From Antedon mediterranea (lineage: Eukaryota > Animalia > Echinodermata), in contig NC_092677.1 of NCBI RefSeq assembly GCF_964355755.1, positions 25,097,175 through 25,161,174 on the forward strand: 64,000 nucleotides of DNA, written 5' to 3'. Position 1 is the stretch's first letter; every line of letters begins with the position of its first letter. The position numbers were made by a program, and so were the translations under genes. A model generated the notes under the pieces. It saw only the letters and a program-made list of their open reading frames with translations, was not told where the DNA came from and ran no database searches. This document shows, in pieces, positions 10,902 through 24,678 of this stretch.

Positions 10902-12029
10902 TATAGTCATTATAGTCAAGTCATGAAGCTAATTTTAAATTTTATTGTTATGATTAATTTATCCTATTTTTACTGTAGGTGACAATACAGTACTGTACAT
11001 TTTTATTTTTCAATGTGTCTATTCTTTCTGAATGATGCAATGGGAAAAATGACAAGTATATATATACACTATTAAACGTCTTGCCAAATGCCAAGCTGTG
11101 AGTTGTACGTTAGGGATGAACAATCCTGTTCTTATTACTTCTATTAAGCTCCTCTGACTCATTATACAGGATGTTACTCTATTCCATAGTGTTGTCATTT
11201 CTTGAATACGTTGAAAGGTCGATGACCTATGGTTGCAGCAAACAACGGACAATGAGTGAGTGATGTTTTAATGCGTTTTATGTAAAATCTGTCCGTCACT
11301 TTTCATTCTCAATTAATTTTTTTTATCTTGTTTTCTTTGGTTAATAGCCAATTGGGATGTTATATTTGATGTTTAAATGTCAAACGATTGTACCATAGAG
11401 GCTGTTTCACACTTGCTCATGTTATTACTAACTTATACAGTTTAAACATTGTTTTCTTGTATGGACAATCTATTTTCTTGGCCAAAACAGGGCCCATGTC
11501 AAGCAACTAGTTAAATAATGTTCCAACAAAGGTACTGTACTGTACACTATAATATACACTTGTTGAGTGTTGAAAACCACAGTATTTACATATTTATGGT
11601 GTTGTTTTTAAAGCAGAATAATTTTCTATACTATTTTTCTAAACATTAATAATGAATATTTTGTTGATTTAACCAGCGCAAAATACTGTTCATAAAAAAA
11701 AATTGATATTTTTGTTGTTCAACAAGAATATATACAGTAACCTAAATGGTTAGCTACATTTAAAATTAAATAAATATTTTCATATACATGAAAGTTTTTA
11801 TGTTCTCAAGACATTTGAAAGAACTAAATTGCATGCTTATGCAAGTCAATAAAATTGTCATCCATTAGTACTATTATTAGTAGTTAACTTAATGGCAGTG
11901 CAGTAAAATTACTGTGGAGGCGGATAATTGGATAAAATATAATAAAATAAATTATCTTCTCTACTTCAATTTTTAAACTGTTCATATTTGAAGAAAAATT
12001 TGATGATATTTTTGTATTACTATTACTAA

Positions 12030-12365
12030 TACCATGTTGAAATGCCGGTTCTTGTCAGATCACCAAAGTTAAGCAACGTTGGGCCTGGTTAGAGCTCTGA
12101 GGGAGTCTGGGGAACTGGGATCCCATCAGGTATTTGAAATCAGCACTGCTGACTCTATGGCAGCCCCTGCATCCAGTATCTGCCTCATACGTGTTGGCTT
12201 ATGCCTCTCCTCTGGTCAAGATGGGCACTGGACGAGACCCTTGATCAATGAGGATGAGACCAATCAAGGTGCTTTAAACCCATCCTGGCTTAGTTTCATC
12301 CATCATTCAATTAAATACTGGCATTGTCGTTCACGGCAGACGTTGGCCATAAAAATAAATATAAA
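12030..12365 (+). mobile_element. 5S rRNA-derived SINE, second copy
   Basis: 5S-like head with an internal deletion, same body as 6680..7035, (AAAT)-rich tail. Confidence 0.85.
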
Positions 12366-14117
12366 TATTTTACTGAACAAGTCATTTTAAAATAGACATG
12401 CTATCTTAAAAAGTTGCGTAAAGTTTGTAAAATGCTTCACGTCATTTAAATATACATTAAAAATCCTCAGATTTCCTTGATACATTAAATCCTTAATCCA
12501 CTTAATCTCTTATCGTTCTTTTCTAAAACCTTTTTGTTTGAAACTAATCTTTTATTAGGCTTGGCGTGATGCCATCATGCGTAGGTTTTTCCCTGATGAA
12601 TCTTCCGCATCTCATCATTTGATTTTTATCTTCTTCGTTCCCACCATCTCGCCCTTGTTTCCGCCTAATTTGTTCCTACACGATTTTCCAGGTGTTAAAA
12701 ATTTAGTGACGGATGACGGTAACCATAATGGCATCATATTTATAACCTGGTAATCATTTCCAGAGAATACTTGTTAATTTTTAAAGATAAGATCAAAGTT
12801 AGCTGAACAAATTGGAGCTTCTAATGTTGCGGCACAATTCATGCCTCATATATTTTATGCTCATCATACTTTTATCTTATCTATGTCATCGGAGTTCAAA
12901 CCATTTTCTGTTTGTAATCAAAGTTAACTGTAAATTTGATGGATAAATATTTTTAAAGAGATGGGTCTGAATTTGAAAAAATTACATGTGGCAGTTTCTA
13001 AGAATTTCAATTTAGTTTGATGCTAAAATGTACCTTCAAGTTGAAGGAACGTTGAAATCTGTTGCGGTTGGTGGCCGATCTATTACAAAAGAAACATGAA
13101 TGAAGAAACAGACGTCAGTCTAAGTTCGTTTCCGAGAATTATCATTTATATTCATTTTTTGACATTCAACTTTTGTAATTATTATTAATAATTTTCTTCA
13201 GGCGTTTATTGAAATGGTTTTAGTACAATTCAGTAGTTTTTTTAGATCTTGACTAGTTTTCATCTTTTCAGGAAGAGAGGTGTTGCTACTGTACGTTTGG
13301 TTTATTAAGTGCAATATAATGTTGTGTACGCCAGGCCGAGGCTTAGTAAAATTATTATGAATACAGGACAATTACCATTACTTACCTTATGCTTGGCAAT
13401 CAAACATGTTATTCGGTCAGTAATAACTACCCCCTCCCCCATTTAGAGTGAAGGTGCCCCTTCCTTCTTATTTAAAACTACCTACTACAAACCAGATGAA
13501 CATTTTCAATCATACCTGCTGATTAAACGGTACAAGAGGGAGGAGAGCCTTTTACAGTAGCATCTTCCTGAAAAAAAATCAGATACATACATGGCTTTAA
13601 AAGGTTCATGCGTTGACAAATGTAAGTGTGTACTTAATAATATCATATGATAATAAGTACTATAGCCCTAATTCATATGTGTATTAAATATACTATACAA
13701 TCAATCAGAACCCAATTTATAAACCAATTGGATTAACTTTAATCTGTAGTGTAAGTGTAATCTTTAGAGATTATCCTTCAGATTAATAATCACCATCATC
13801 ACTTGTTACGTTGTTTAAAGACTTAACCTTTGAATTGCAACGTAGCATTTGGGATTTTAATAGAATTTGATTTTGATAACATTTTGAGAACAAGTTATTT
13901 GAAGATGAAGAGTAATTGATAAACCATCGTTTTGGCTTTTGTCCATTTGTTTTAAAAGTCATTATAATTATGATTCTGATCGTTGCAATGTGTGTCAGTG
14001 GTACAGTATATTGGTAATCTTAAAATCTGATGCTAACTAAAAGAAATACTGTAGTCCAAAGGCTGAAAAAATGTTTGGGGGACAATTACATACCCGGATA
14101 TTAAATTGGCTATCAGT

Positions 14118-14380
14118 CAGTGAGTGATTGGTCGAGCGGTTAAGATGGTGGAACCGTAATTACATAGACATAACATCGGCAAGGGTTCGAGGCTCACTAG
14201 CTCCATAGTTCTTGTGGTAGAACAAAAGTCTTCTCAGATAAGGACTATAAACCTTGGTTCCAGTGTACACATCTAGCTCATGTGCACTTTAAAAAATCTA
14301 GTACATCTTTCGTGATGAGTAAGGGGTTACCCTGGTGTACTAGTACATCAAAGCCACTGATCATAACTGGGCCCTCTGGG
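14118..14380 (+). mobile_element. tRNA-derived SINE with Deu/Nin-like central domain
   Basis: A-box-like TGGTCGAGCGG, B-box GGTTCGAGGC; core GTCTTCTC.GATAAGGACTATAAACC..GAGTA.GGGGTTACCC.GGTGT resembles the Deu/Nin domain; second copy at 40.4 kb. Confidence 0.75.
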
Positions 14381-14809
14381 TCAATACAATTCAACCATGT
14401 TGAGAGAAATGATAGTGTGAAATCCTTATCATTAGCATCCCTCTCCTAATTCGTTCGACCTTTTACTGAAATACATTTGACGCAACAAAGAAAATATTTT
14501 GAATCGTTTCCTGTGGAATTTCAAAAAGATTTTAAATGTCACTTTAATCAAATATATTATGATTGTCGTAAATGAATCGTTCTTATTTTCCAAAATTGTT
14601 ATCTCTTTGTGATTTAGAGAAATTCGATATGAAATATTTTATCTAAATTGAAATGTCTTTTTTAGACATGTTCTGCAATTGCCACATTTCTTTGTCATCA
14701 ACTGTTGCACTCTTTTGAACCAAACTCCATATCTTTTATGAGATATGAAATTGTGATGACTTAATGATTTAATAAAGATATATACTATTAAAAACTACAG
14801 TTACTGCCT

Positions 14810-15560
14810 TTTGTAATTTTGGTATCCCTGCCATCTTTTATTTTGGTACCCATGTAATGTACTGTTTTGGTATCACTCAGATTGCTCTTGTTTTTTGGTA
14901 CCCATGCAATTTACTGTTTTGGTATCCCTCAGACTGCTCTTGTATTTTGGTACCCATGTAATGTACTGTTTTGGTATCACTCAGATTGCTCTTGTTTTTT
15001 GGTACCCATGCAATGTACTATTTTGGTATCCCTGCCATCTTTTATTTTGGTACCCATGTAATGTACTGTTTTGGTATCACTCAGATTGCTCTTGTTTTTT
15101 GGTACCCATGTAATGTACTGTTTTGGTATCACTCAGATTGCTCTTGTTTTTTGGTACCCATGCATTGTACTATTTTGGTATCCCCCAGATTGCTCTTGTT
15201 TTTTGGTACCCATGCAATGTACTGTTTTGGTATCCCCCAGATTGCTCTTGTTTTTTGGTACCCATGCAATGTACTATTTTGGTATCCCTCGGACTGCTCT
15301 TGTTTTTTGGTACCCATGCATTGTACTATTTTGGTATCCCTCAGTCTGCTCTTGTTTTTTGGTACCCATGTAATGTACTGTTTTGGTATTCCTCAGAACT
15401 GCTCTTGTATTTTGGTACCCATGCAATGTACTTTTTTGATACACCTCAGACTGCTCTTGTATTTTGGTACTCATGCAATGTACTGTTTTAGTATTCCTCA
15501 AACTGCTCTTTTATTTTGGTAGTACCCCTACTACAATCCTCCCCTATTTTGGTATCCCTT
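14810..15560. repeat. 52-bp minisatellite, about 14 copies
   Basis: TTTTGGTACCCATG recurs every 52 bp; source of the repetitive ORFs at 14867..15522. Confidence 0.92.
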
Positions 15561-16112
15561 AATTTGCTCTATTTGTTATGGTATATAGTTATCAAGGGCG
15601 GATTGCTATAGATTTTCTCTCATAGAAATATACAATGGTCTAACAGGTGTGCCTTTAGTAAAACCGTCTATCTGATAAAGCTTGCCTTAATCGCGGAGTT
15701 AAGACCATCAGTTAAAACTGTTTTATAGCAATCTGCCAAAGGTGTACACATAAACGCACCCACATGTTATGTAAAATTACCCAGCATAATTAAACTAGCA
15801 GTAGTAGCACTTTGCCAAAAGTGTCTTTCATGCAACACGATTAATATAATATTAATAATGATTTTAAACTATCGCTCCTAACCCTCCCCTGATTGATCCT
15901 GTTCCACCCACCTCTAATTGATATGCCTAATTAATCAACAATTAAATCCGTATTTAGGAATATATGAGGAATAGGTTACCAAAAGCCTGCAAGTTATTGA
16001 TAGATTGTATGTGTTCACGCTTTAAACGATTTTGCTAACAGTATTGCTACAAGTGACAGTTAGAAGTACTGATACTATTCTGGTCCTGTAAACCATAGAA
16101 TATTATTATTAA

Positions 16113-17125
16113 AGGAAAGGAACACCCTAATATCTTACCTAACTATTATAAAAGTAACCCTACCAACTTAATATTCAGCACAATTTATGTTTAAAATCGG
16201 ATTTGTAGTTTTCTAGTAAACAGGATTTTAAAGCTGTTTTCAAGACATTTGAAAATCGCCATCTTGTGCTCATGGCAGGCTGTTTGTGACGTCAGAAACG
16301 GCCGACGAAAATTTTAAGATTCGCGGTTGCATTCAGCGCTTCTATTGGCTAAGCGAATCCGCTAATATGATTGGCTAATAACCCGACATGCGGTCATGCA
16401 GGACGGCGATGACACGGTATGAGCATGCGCTGGCTTGGTAAACAAACCTTCGATCGATCTTTTCTTCTGCAAGCCAATTCGTAAATCTTTCAGCTATTGT
16501 TAATCTATTGTTACTTTTATTGCCTAGCTGTTTCAAACGGGATTTGGTAGGGGAATTAACTCGCAAACCTTCCAAACGGAGGCTGTTGGTTGACGATGCA
16601 GTGTCTACTTTATTTTCGTTCAACACGAGTTCTAGGCCTAGTAAGGCATACAGTACAGATACACTGGCCGAAAGTACACCATTCTTCGACGGCTTGTTAT
16701 GCTCGAGAATGTTCTTCTTCTCTTCTTTTTTCCTCATCAGCACGACGCAAAACTAACTCTCTTTCTGTATATTCTGGTTCCAAATTTTCTGAATTATAAA
16801 AACTCCAAGCAATATTCCGAAAATATTAGGTATGTTAGGCTATTTAATTGATTTTATTTATGGTTATATCCCGCACTTCTATATTGAAATACTGTACTAA
16901 GACGATGGGCGCTTGGATTTGCTTGAATGCGTCCACCTAATCTGACGTCATATAATTGCTCTTAACCTATCAAAATGGCGCTGTTCAATTTCCGATATGT
17001 TGTCGTTTAAAAGTCTATTTTTTAACTAAATTGCTTACTATTGTACCTTGAACCATTGTAATCATGTTTTTATTACATTTATCTATAAGCACAGTGGCAC
17101 ATATAGCCCAGGGTGTTCCTTTCCT
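16113..17125. mobile_element. 1013-bp TTAA-flanked non-autonomous DNA transposon (Kolobok-like)
   Basis: TTAA|AGGAAAGGAACACCCT...AGGGTGTTCCTTTCCT|TTAA; CpG-rich interior with a 122-codon minus-strand ORF. Confidence 0.8.
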
Positions 17126-18314
17126 TTAACTTACTTTAATATAAAATGAGTGGGATGAGCTTTTCCTTTTGAGCCACATGTCATTGGACGTTGCTTGACT
17201 GTGCTTATACTGCTTTAAGATATCGGTTTCGGAATGCGTGTTAAGCTCAAAATTAAAGATATTTTTCCACGCAATTTCTAAAGATCAATTCATTACCCGA
17301 CTTAATTTTGAGGAAATTTCATAACACAATCATCTTTGTTTATGTAATTTTTTAGGTAAATTTAAAATGTTTTTAAAATAATATTTTTATGTTTTAGATA
17401 ATAATTGTGTTTATTTTGGAGGAGACGTTACTATGACTAGTAATTTTAATAGTAATTTTAAAGTTTTATGTAACTATTAATATTTTTATTCAGTAAAGGA
17501 TTTGTACAGTATATACTCTATTGAATTGGTACATTTTTGGTGTGACTACCTGTAAATGCAAGCAATTATCCAAATAGCATAAAGTTAAAAAAAAAACCTG
17601 AAATAACACACTTTAGTTATTGTATTTCAATTCTCTTGATGAATTCAGCTGAAAATTGTTACAATGTGCTGGCCAGTCATCTCAAGTGTTTGTCCAGCTT
17701 GATCTGTTAGCCCCACATCAGCCGCGACACGGAAAGGTTACGAGAAGAAGATTAAACAAAATTCTTTAGAATAGGCCACCAACCAAACGTTGTTGCAACC
17801 TCTTAAACAGTTCAAACGTTCTTTAGTGATCAATTTCCGGTTTATTTATCCGCATTAAGTCTTTTGAATAGTCTTAACACCTTTGTAACTTCAAGATTAT
17901 TATCTTCAAAGTTTTATTCTTGAAGACTTTTTGTTTTCTTCCAAAAGTAACTTTTTAAAACAAAACCCAATCGAACGAAAAGTCTTAACACCTTTGTACT
18001 TACAAGATTACTGTCTAATAAAAGTTTTAGACTTTTTGTTTTCGTCCAAAAGTTACTTTTTATAACACAACCCAACCCAAGACCAATCAACTCCTCCGCG
18101 GATGTCTGAAGTAGTACCTGCTAATTAAACACACTCATCTTTTTAAAAAAAACAGAACAGACAAGTGTCTATTGTTACAAGTGTTCACTTATTCTATTTG
18201 TCAACTAGGCACTTTGTTGAAATTAAAAATTTTATACTCAACAACTTGCGGAAGTAGTAACTCTTAATAGGCTACTTAAGTACTCAATACATAAATATGA
18301 TTCATGGAAATTCA

Positions 18315-18567
18315 AACTTAATTGGTAAAAAGTTGAAATATAGTATATGATCAATGACTTAAATTGATACTTACAGTATATAAATTAAAACTGTATTTAA
18401 TTTGTAGTATTAAAACATAATTTATGTATTATTTGTATTTGATTGAATTGAATCTTAATTGGTAAAAAGTTGAAATATAGTATATGATCAATGACTTAAA
18501 TTGATACTTACAGTATATAAATTAAAACTGTATTTAATTTGTAGTATTAAAACATAATTTATGTATC
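18315..18567. repeat. Local direct duplication (~115 bp, 140-bp period)
   Basis: 'ttaattggtaaaaagttgaaatatagtatatgatc...' at ~18318 and ~18456. Confidence 0.85.
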
Positions 18568-18920
18568 ATTTGCTTATTTTTGTTTATTTCTACTGTATTT
18601 TAGGTACAGTAGGCCTAACTCTAAAACATTCTATCCTTTTTTTATCATCTTTTTTTCTCAATTTTTTAAATTTTATTTTTTTAAATTTCTTTTTTTCTTC
18701 CTTTTTTCTTTTTTTCTGATATACATTTTACCATTGATATATATTTTATCTTCGTAGGTTGTTTTCCCATTTTTTTCTTTCTTTTTTTCCTTTTCTTTTT
18801 TTTTCCTTTTCTTTTTTTACCTTTTCTTTTTTTTCCTTTTTTCGGATATACATTTTACCTTTGATATATATTTTGTGGTTGTGATATAATATTGTTCTAT
18901 ATTTTGTAAAGAATACATCA

Positions 18921-19070
18921 ATTCAAGTTCAAGTTCAAAAAACATTTATTTGTTCAACAATGGCATTATACAGTATAATAGGTGTGTACATAAATGAAAA
19001 CATGGTAATAAGCCATCATTTGGGGTCTCCTAGAAGAAATCAACTTTCTTGTCTCGAAAAAGACCCCAGA
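18921..19070 (-). mobile_element. Probable LINE (CR1/L2-like) 3' end
   Basis: On the minus strand: stem-loop GGGGTCT..AGACCCC, then AATAAA and a (TTGAAC)n tail. Confidence 0.45.
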
Positions 19071-19699
19071 AATAATACACATACATTTAAACTAATACAA
19101 TTTACTACATAAAATAATAAATAAAAACAAAATTGATGAAAAATGCTTTAGTTTGTCATCAAAATCATTCCAGATTCGCGGTCCTGAAACAGAAATAAAA
19201 TATGCTGAAATTTATTGTCGACACGTAAATTGTACTTGTGTGATTTTGTATGATGAATTAATAGATAAGACATTGTCACAACGAGTTTGGTACTTTATAC
19301 TGTACAACAATACTGTACCTTTGTATTTTTATATTTTATTGTTTTATTGAATAAAGATACCGACATATTAGCTAATTAAGTAATTGTGTTAAGCTCAAAA
19401 TTTAAATAGTGAATACAAATCCAGGACATTCTCCATTTTTGATTGATCCATTGAATATTAACGAGTAGCTTACGGTATAGCTTGGAGTTATCGCAAGGAT
19501 ATGCTTCAACGCTTTTATTAATGAAGGTTAGTCAATACATAGTCTTCAGATTATTAATAGGTTGAAATCTTGATTTTGATGAAATCTGCAAATGTCAATT
19601 TCTACGTGAAAGTTACCATTATACTTTGTATAATATTATCCAGAAAATTCTTTTATTTTCATATTATACAGAATATATTTTATATATATACTGTATACA

Positions 19700-19945
19700 C
19701 ACCAGCCTGTGCCATTTCTTTTATCCCAGTCCACTTAGGCAGCGCTTGTCTGCTTTACCTGCCCTATTTCTCTCACTTGCACTGATGAAGGGCTAGTGTT
19801 ACCCGAAAGCTCTGCTAACTTTTCTGGCTGCTTTACTTTATCATTTTGATTAAGCTTTTTGCTTATTTTATTTTGGATATTTTATTTTGCATATCCATTG
19901 AGATCCAGCCACTGATGCCCACAGCACTGTTATTTTATTAGTAAT
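19700..19945 (+). mobile_element. Penelope-like element terminal (pLTR) remnant
   Basis: Contains CTGATGAAGGG..CCCGAAAGCTC; about 150 bp shared with an inverted copy at 30288..30425. Confidence 0.6.
19776..19818 (+). ncRNA. Minimal type-I hammerhead ribozyme-like motif
   Basis: GCA|CUGAUGA-A-GGG(loop)CCC-GAAA-GC-UC^UGC: core boxes, 3-bp stems I and II, palindromic AGCU stem III. Confidence 0.45.
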
Positions 19946-21654
19946 TTGCCTTTGGATTTATACATATCTTGGGGAGAGTTAGTTTGTATCGACCAGACAG
20001 ACAGAGTACAGTTTCTATACTATGAAGCAACAAAGGTAATTTCCAACGGAAAAGACTCGGAAATTATATTAGTTTTGACCTTATATTTATGTAACTGAGA
20101 TCATTTATTTAATGACTTAAAGATATAGAATCAATATTTTACAAATTAACCTTGACACGTTTTATTAAAATTTACTCACAGGTATTTATATGCTGTTTTG
20201 TTTCCGTTTTTATTTGTAAAATTTCAAATGAAATTAATACTTTAAGGAATAAGTGACTCTTATGTTAGTATTGATTTTAAGTAGATAAAATATTCAGGAG
20301 TCTAAAAAAAATGTTAATTTCAAATTAAAAAAATGCACCAAAATATTTTTGTAAAGTTCTCCATCAATCTATTGGAGAACAATAGAAATCCAGTTTGATA
20401 TTTACTTCCATTTTATTTTATTTATCGAACACCATGATAATTTAAAGTTCAACACTTAGGAAAGTGAACAAAAGATAGAGCAAAGAAGCAAAGTGCAATC
20501 AAGTTGATCACCTAAATAAATTTAAGAAAAAAAAAAAATCAGATATCAGTTTACAACAACATCATCTCCTGCTCTCCCCTATTAAAACTAAGCCAAATCT
20601 CATGAGTGTTAGGCATATATAAAAACTAAAGAATATTAAACAATTATAAACAATTATGGTAAGATTTTAGACCTAGTTCATTTTCAATAATATATTTTAC
20701 CCTTACACATCCTTCCTTATTTGGTATTTGAAGGTCATGTGACAGTCCATGATTTGTTTTGTTTAATTTCATAAACTAGTTGGAAGATATCAAATGCATC
20801 CTCTCTAAAGGTTATAAAAAGACGTTTCATCGACAGCACAAACTGAATAAAAACAAACCCTCAAACAAAAATGGCAATCGATTTTAGTGTTTAAAGGGAA
20901 AGAAAATAGCAAAGATCAAGCAGGGATCACTTTGAAGCGATTAAATTGTTGAGAAATCACAAGAAAAACAGTCGATAATAAGAAATTTAGTAAATTTCAA
21001 CAATGTGTGGGTGTGGATAAACGTATCTCCATAATTTTTTAGAATATATAAATTGAATTTACTTAATTTAAGAAATTTAAAATGATTCTGGAAATGTGTC
21101 AATCCATACTACATGTAACATGAGGTTTGGATAAAGAGAGAGTGTCATTGAAAGTGAAAAACAGAGGTTTAAAAACGCTAAGCCTTGTGTAAAAAGTGTA
21201 AGAAAAAGGTCATTCACCCGACCATGCGTCAGAAATACTAACTAGCAACAAATTTGGAGAAATTTACAGTCTAACCTCAGCTACAACGCAATTGATGGCA
21301 ACCTCTATGCAGCGGCAACAGCAGGGGGCATACATCAATGATCGTCAAATTAATGTCTTAATTGCCAAAGCCCCCTGAAGACTCCTTTTGGTCATGCTTC
21401 AGTAGTCAAGTGAAGGATGCCGATCACCCCTTCTAAGTCTAGGTTGATATTCCATAGGCTTCACATTCTGAGATGAGAGGTGTGCTATAAACTTGTTGAA
21501 TCCAGTTTTAAGAGAATGTACTTTTATACTCTAACTAGTCTACTACTCTCGACCTCTATATCCACATTCAGTTTTTTTATTTTATTTATTCATTCTGTTG
21601 ATCAAGTGGATCAAACAAGGATAAAAACACAGAAAAGTACAAAAAGCAACTTAT

Positions 21655-22015
21655 TTCTATTGTTGTCCCTACATGATACAATTATAGATATACTGAAAAA
21701 ATAATTGTTTTTTTTTATCCCATTTTAATGTCACATAACAGTTATTCACTTTGACCAAAAATTGGATTGGCAAAAAAAAAATGATTTACCTGAAAAAATT
21801 CTCATTTAAAGCAAAACATAGTCAAAGAGTCTGCCAGACAATGGGTTTTTGGTTAAATGTAACTGTTTATTTTGTCTTTTTATAAGTGAAAGCATTATTT
21901 GTTTTCATTTTTTAATTTCTATTAAAGTGAAAAACTGATAAAACTGCAAAATGGCCTAATAAAAGTCTGATTTTATATATCTTTATTTTTCATGATTGTG
22001 GGGGACAATACATCT
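21655..22015. mobile_element. MITE family K1, decayed left end
   Basis: Body similar to 6189..6543; right end GGGGGACAATACATCT|TTAA. Confidence 0.65.
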
Positions 22016-22215
22016 TTAAGTAATTAACAACTTCAATCACTGCAGCTTTTCAAGTACCTATCTACTACTATAAATATTAATATGAATAAAAAAAACCCAA
22101 CCCAAGATTGCATTTTACCACCAAGTAACAGCTCCACTAAAATTTACTCTTACCAAAGTTTTTGAGTATTTCAGTATAGTTTTCATTTGAAAATTGTCAT
22201 AACATTGTGTACAGT

Positions 22216-22400
22216 AATTCAATTAAATTCAATTCAACTTAACATTTATTTCTTCCTTCAAGAAAATGAGGTAAACATAACAAATTCCAGTAAAATATAT
22301 AACAAGTCAATTGATGATAAAAAAAAGTATACAGATATCAATAAACGGAAGTAGGCAGTGCCCAAGAAGATAGAAATCTTGTGGCGGGCCAGCCTATTTA
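22216..22400 (-). mobile_element. Probable LINE 3' end
   Basis: Stem-loop TAGGC..GCCC/GGGC..GCCTA, then AATAAA and a (TTGAA)n tail on the minus strand. Confidence 0.4.
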
Positions 22401-23177
22401 CAGACACAGGTAATTCGGACAAAAATTAAAAAAAAAATAGGATTCAAAATACAGGAGCTAATTTGTACCAATACTTTCACTTTTTTTATATTTTTGGAAC
22501 AAGAAATGTAGCTTATCCAATGACCTTTAATATGTTGTGTTGATGCTTGGAGATTTTACTAAATTGAAGGAATTTTAACAGAGAAAATTTCTATTGGCAT
22601 TTGTAACACAGGTGTAACGTTTAGTTTTCTCAAATCAATTACTTGTTGAGAGCTTGTTGGCTTTTTTCACGCTGGGTGCTGTTGCCTTGGGCTGCTAAGC
22701 TACAACTTGAACACTTTACTGCAACAAAATTACAGTTTACCTGCAATAATTTGAATTAAATTCAACATTCTTTCTTAATTTGCCCTATTAACAATTTAAT
22801 ATAGTCTACTGGACTTACTTGTAAACAATCACAAGTAAGTCTAGTTGACTAGATTTAATTGTTTTCCAACTTTTATTATTACCTGGATGAATGATAATAT
22901 CCATACCCGTAATATTTCCTACTATCTCCAAACAGCATTATCTGGACAGTATCATAACCAAATTATGTAATAAAGTGTAACATGTATCACAGGTGTCTTT
23001 ATATGGTAGGGTTTGGTTAGTCTTATAGGACTATGATACATGCATCACATTTGATACAGTGTGATACTTGATGTTACAAAATTTGCCTTGATACTGTACA
23101 AATTATGAAACTGAGAATCGGCTAGATGTTGTTGACTGTTTTCCTCTTTTGTACATCTTTTTAAACATTTCTCTTAA

Positions 23178-23503
23178 AGATGTATTGTCCCCCGAAAACA
23201 TGAAAAATGAAGATTAATTAAATCAGAATTTGAATAGGTTGTTTGTAGTTTTAATAAAGTTAATCACTTCCGTAGAAAAAAGAAAAGAAAAAAATGTTTT
23301 CACTTATAAAATGACAAAATAAATGGTAAAATTCATTGGCTGGCAGCCAATTTGACTTTTTTTTTGCTTTAAATTACAGTTTTTTCAGGTAAATACATTT
23401 TTTCTAATTTTAGGTCAAAGTGGATAAATATTATGTGATATTAAAATGGTATATTCAACAAAAAAATGTTTAATCATTATTTTTTCAGGGGGACAATACA
23501 TCT
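23178..23503. mobile_element. MITE family K1, intact copy in opposite orientation to 6189
   Basis: TTAA|AGATGTATTGTCCCCC...GGGGGACAATACATCT|TTAA. Confidence 0.85.
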
Positions 23504-24678
23504 TTAAGGGACCATTTATTTGTTTAAGATACAATAACAGTATGCATAGCAATGTTTAGGTCTATGAACCAACTATTTACGAAGTATACAATGAATGACT
23601 TAATGACATTAAGCAAATACAGTAATATTGTCAAAGATTGACTCTATTATAGCTTAATCAAAAATATTTATCTTAAATTAAACAACTCCAAATTAAATAT
23701 TTAAAATAGACCCATGTTGAGGCCTTGTACTCTGGTTTCGAAGACCTAGCTCCTTGTATGTGTTGTTTGAATGTTTTAATTATATAGTTTAAATATTGTA
23801 AGCTACCACACTTTATTTGGAAATACTGTTAAAATGAGCCGGTGGTTCTGTAATTGATTATAAAACACCAGTAAGGATTATGAAACCAGGCAAGCTTAAT
23901 TATTACCCTGGAAATTGATCTACGTTTGAGGGTTGCCCAAATATGGTTGATAGTATAGTGGTGTCCTGCTGGTGTTGTACATAGATTATTGCAAAATTAC
24001 AAAAAAAAAAAATTAAAATAAAAAAGAAAATGTCTTTGAACAGCACTGCAGCCATGTATTACAGAACCAAAATTCAAAATGTACTAAAAGGTGGTGAAGT
24101 TGAATACTTAGTTTATTTACATAATGAATTGGAAAGTAAAAAAAAAAAATCAGCACATTGAACTTTGAATACAATAGACCACACTACAGCCATGTATTAC
24201 AGAACCAACATTTTAAATGTACTAAAAAAAGTGGATAAGTTGAATATACTTGGTTTATTTACATAATGAATTGGAGAGTAAAGCCAACATTAAGGAACCT
24301 TAAAGTATTAGGGTCACAATGCCAACAAGGGGTAAATATTAGTTTCCATGTACTTCCATGTTCATTAGAGCGCATGTAAATTTAGCCTCAAAGGCACCTT
24401 AAAATGTTACCCCACTCATTGGAAAAATGCTTGGAAAATACATTGGTTTTGGAACATACTTACCCCTTTGAGAATATAGTATGTTTTTTCTATAGGTTTC
24501 TGTGTTTCCTATGCAAGATACTGTACCTCCACAGTCTATTATTAATGGCTTGTTGTTAACTTTCTATATACCAATTACATGGTACATGGTCCACATCTTA
24601 GCCAAGGTTCATATCTGTGAAAACAATTCAGAGCAGAATGTTTTGTAACCCACATTGCTTGATATTAATGTCAAAAAT

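Noticed and set aside
14867-15522. Cluster of hydrophobic ORFs, or a CRISPR-like array
   Set aside because: All derive from a 52-bp minisatellite; the inter-repeat sequence is not unique spacer, the context is eukaryotic and there are no cas genes
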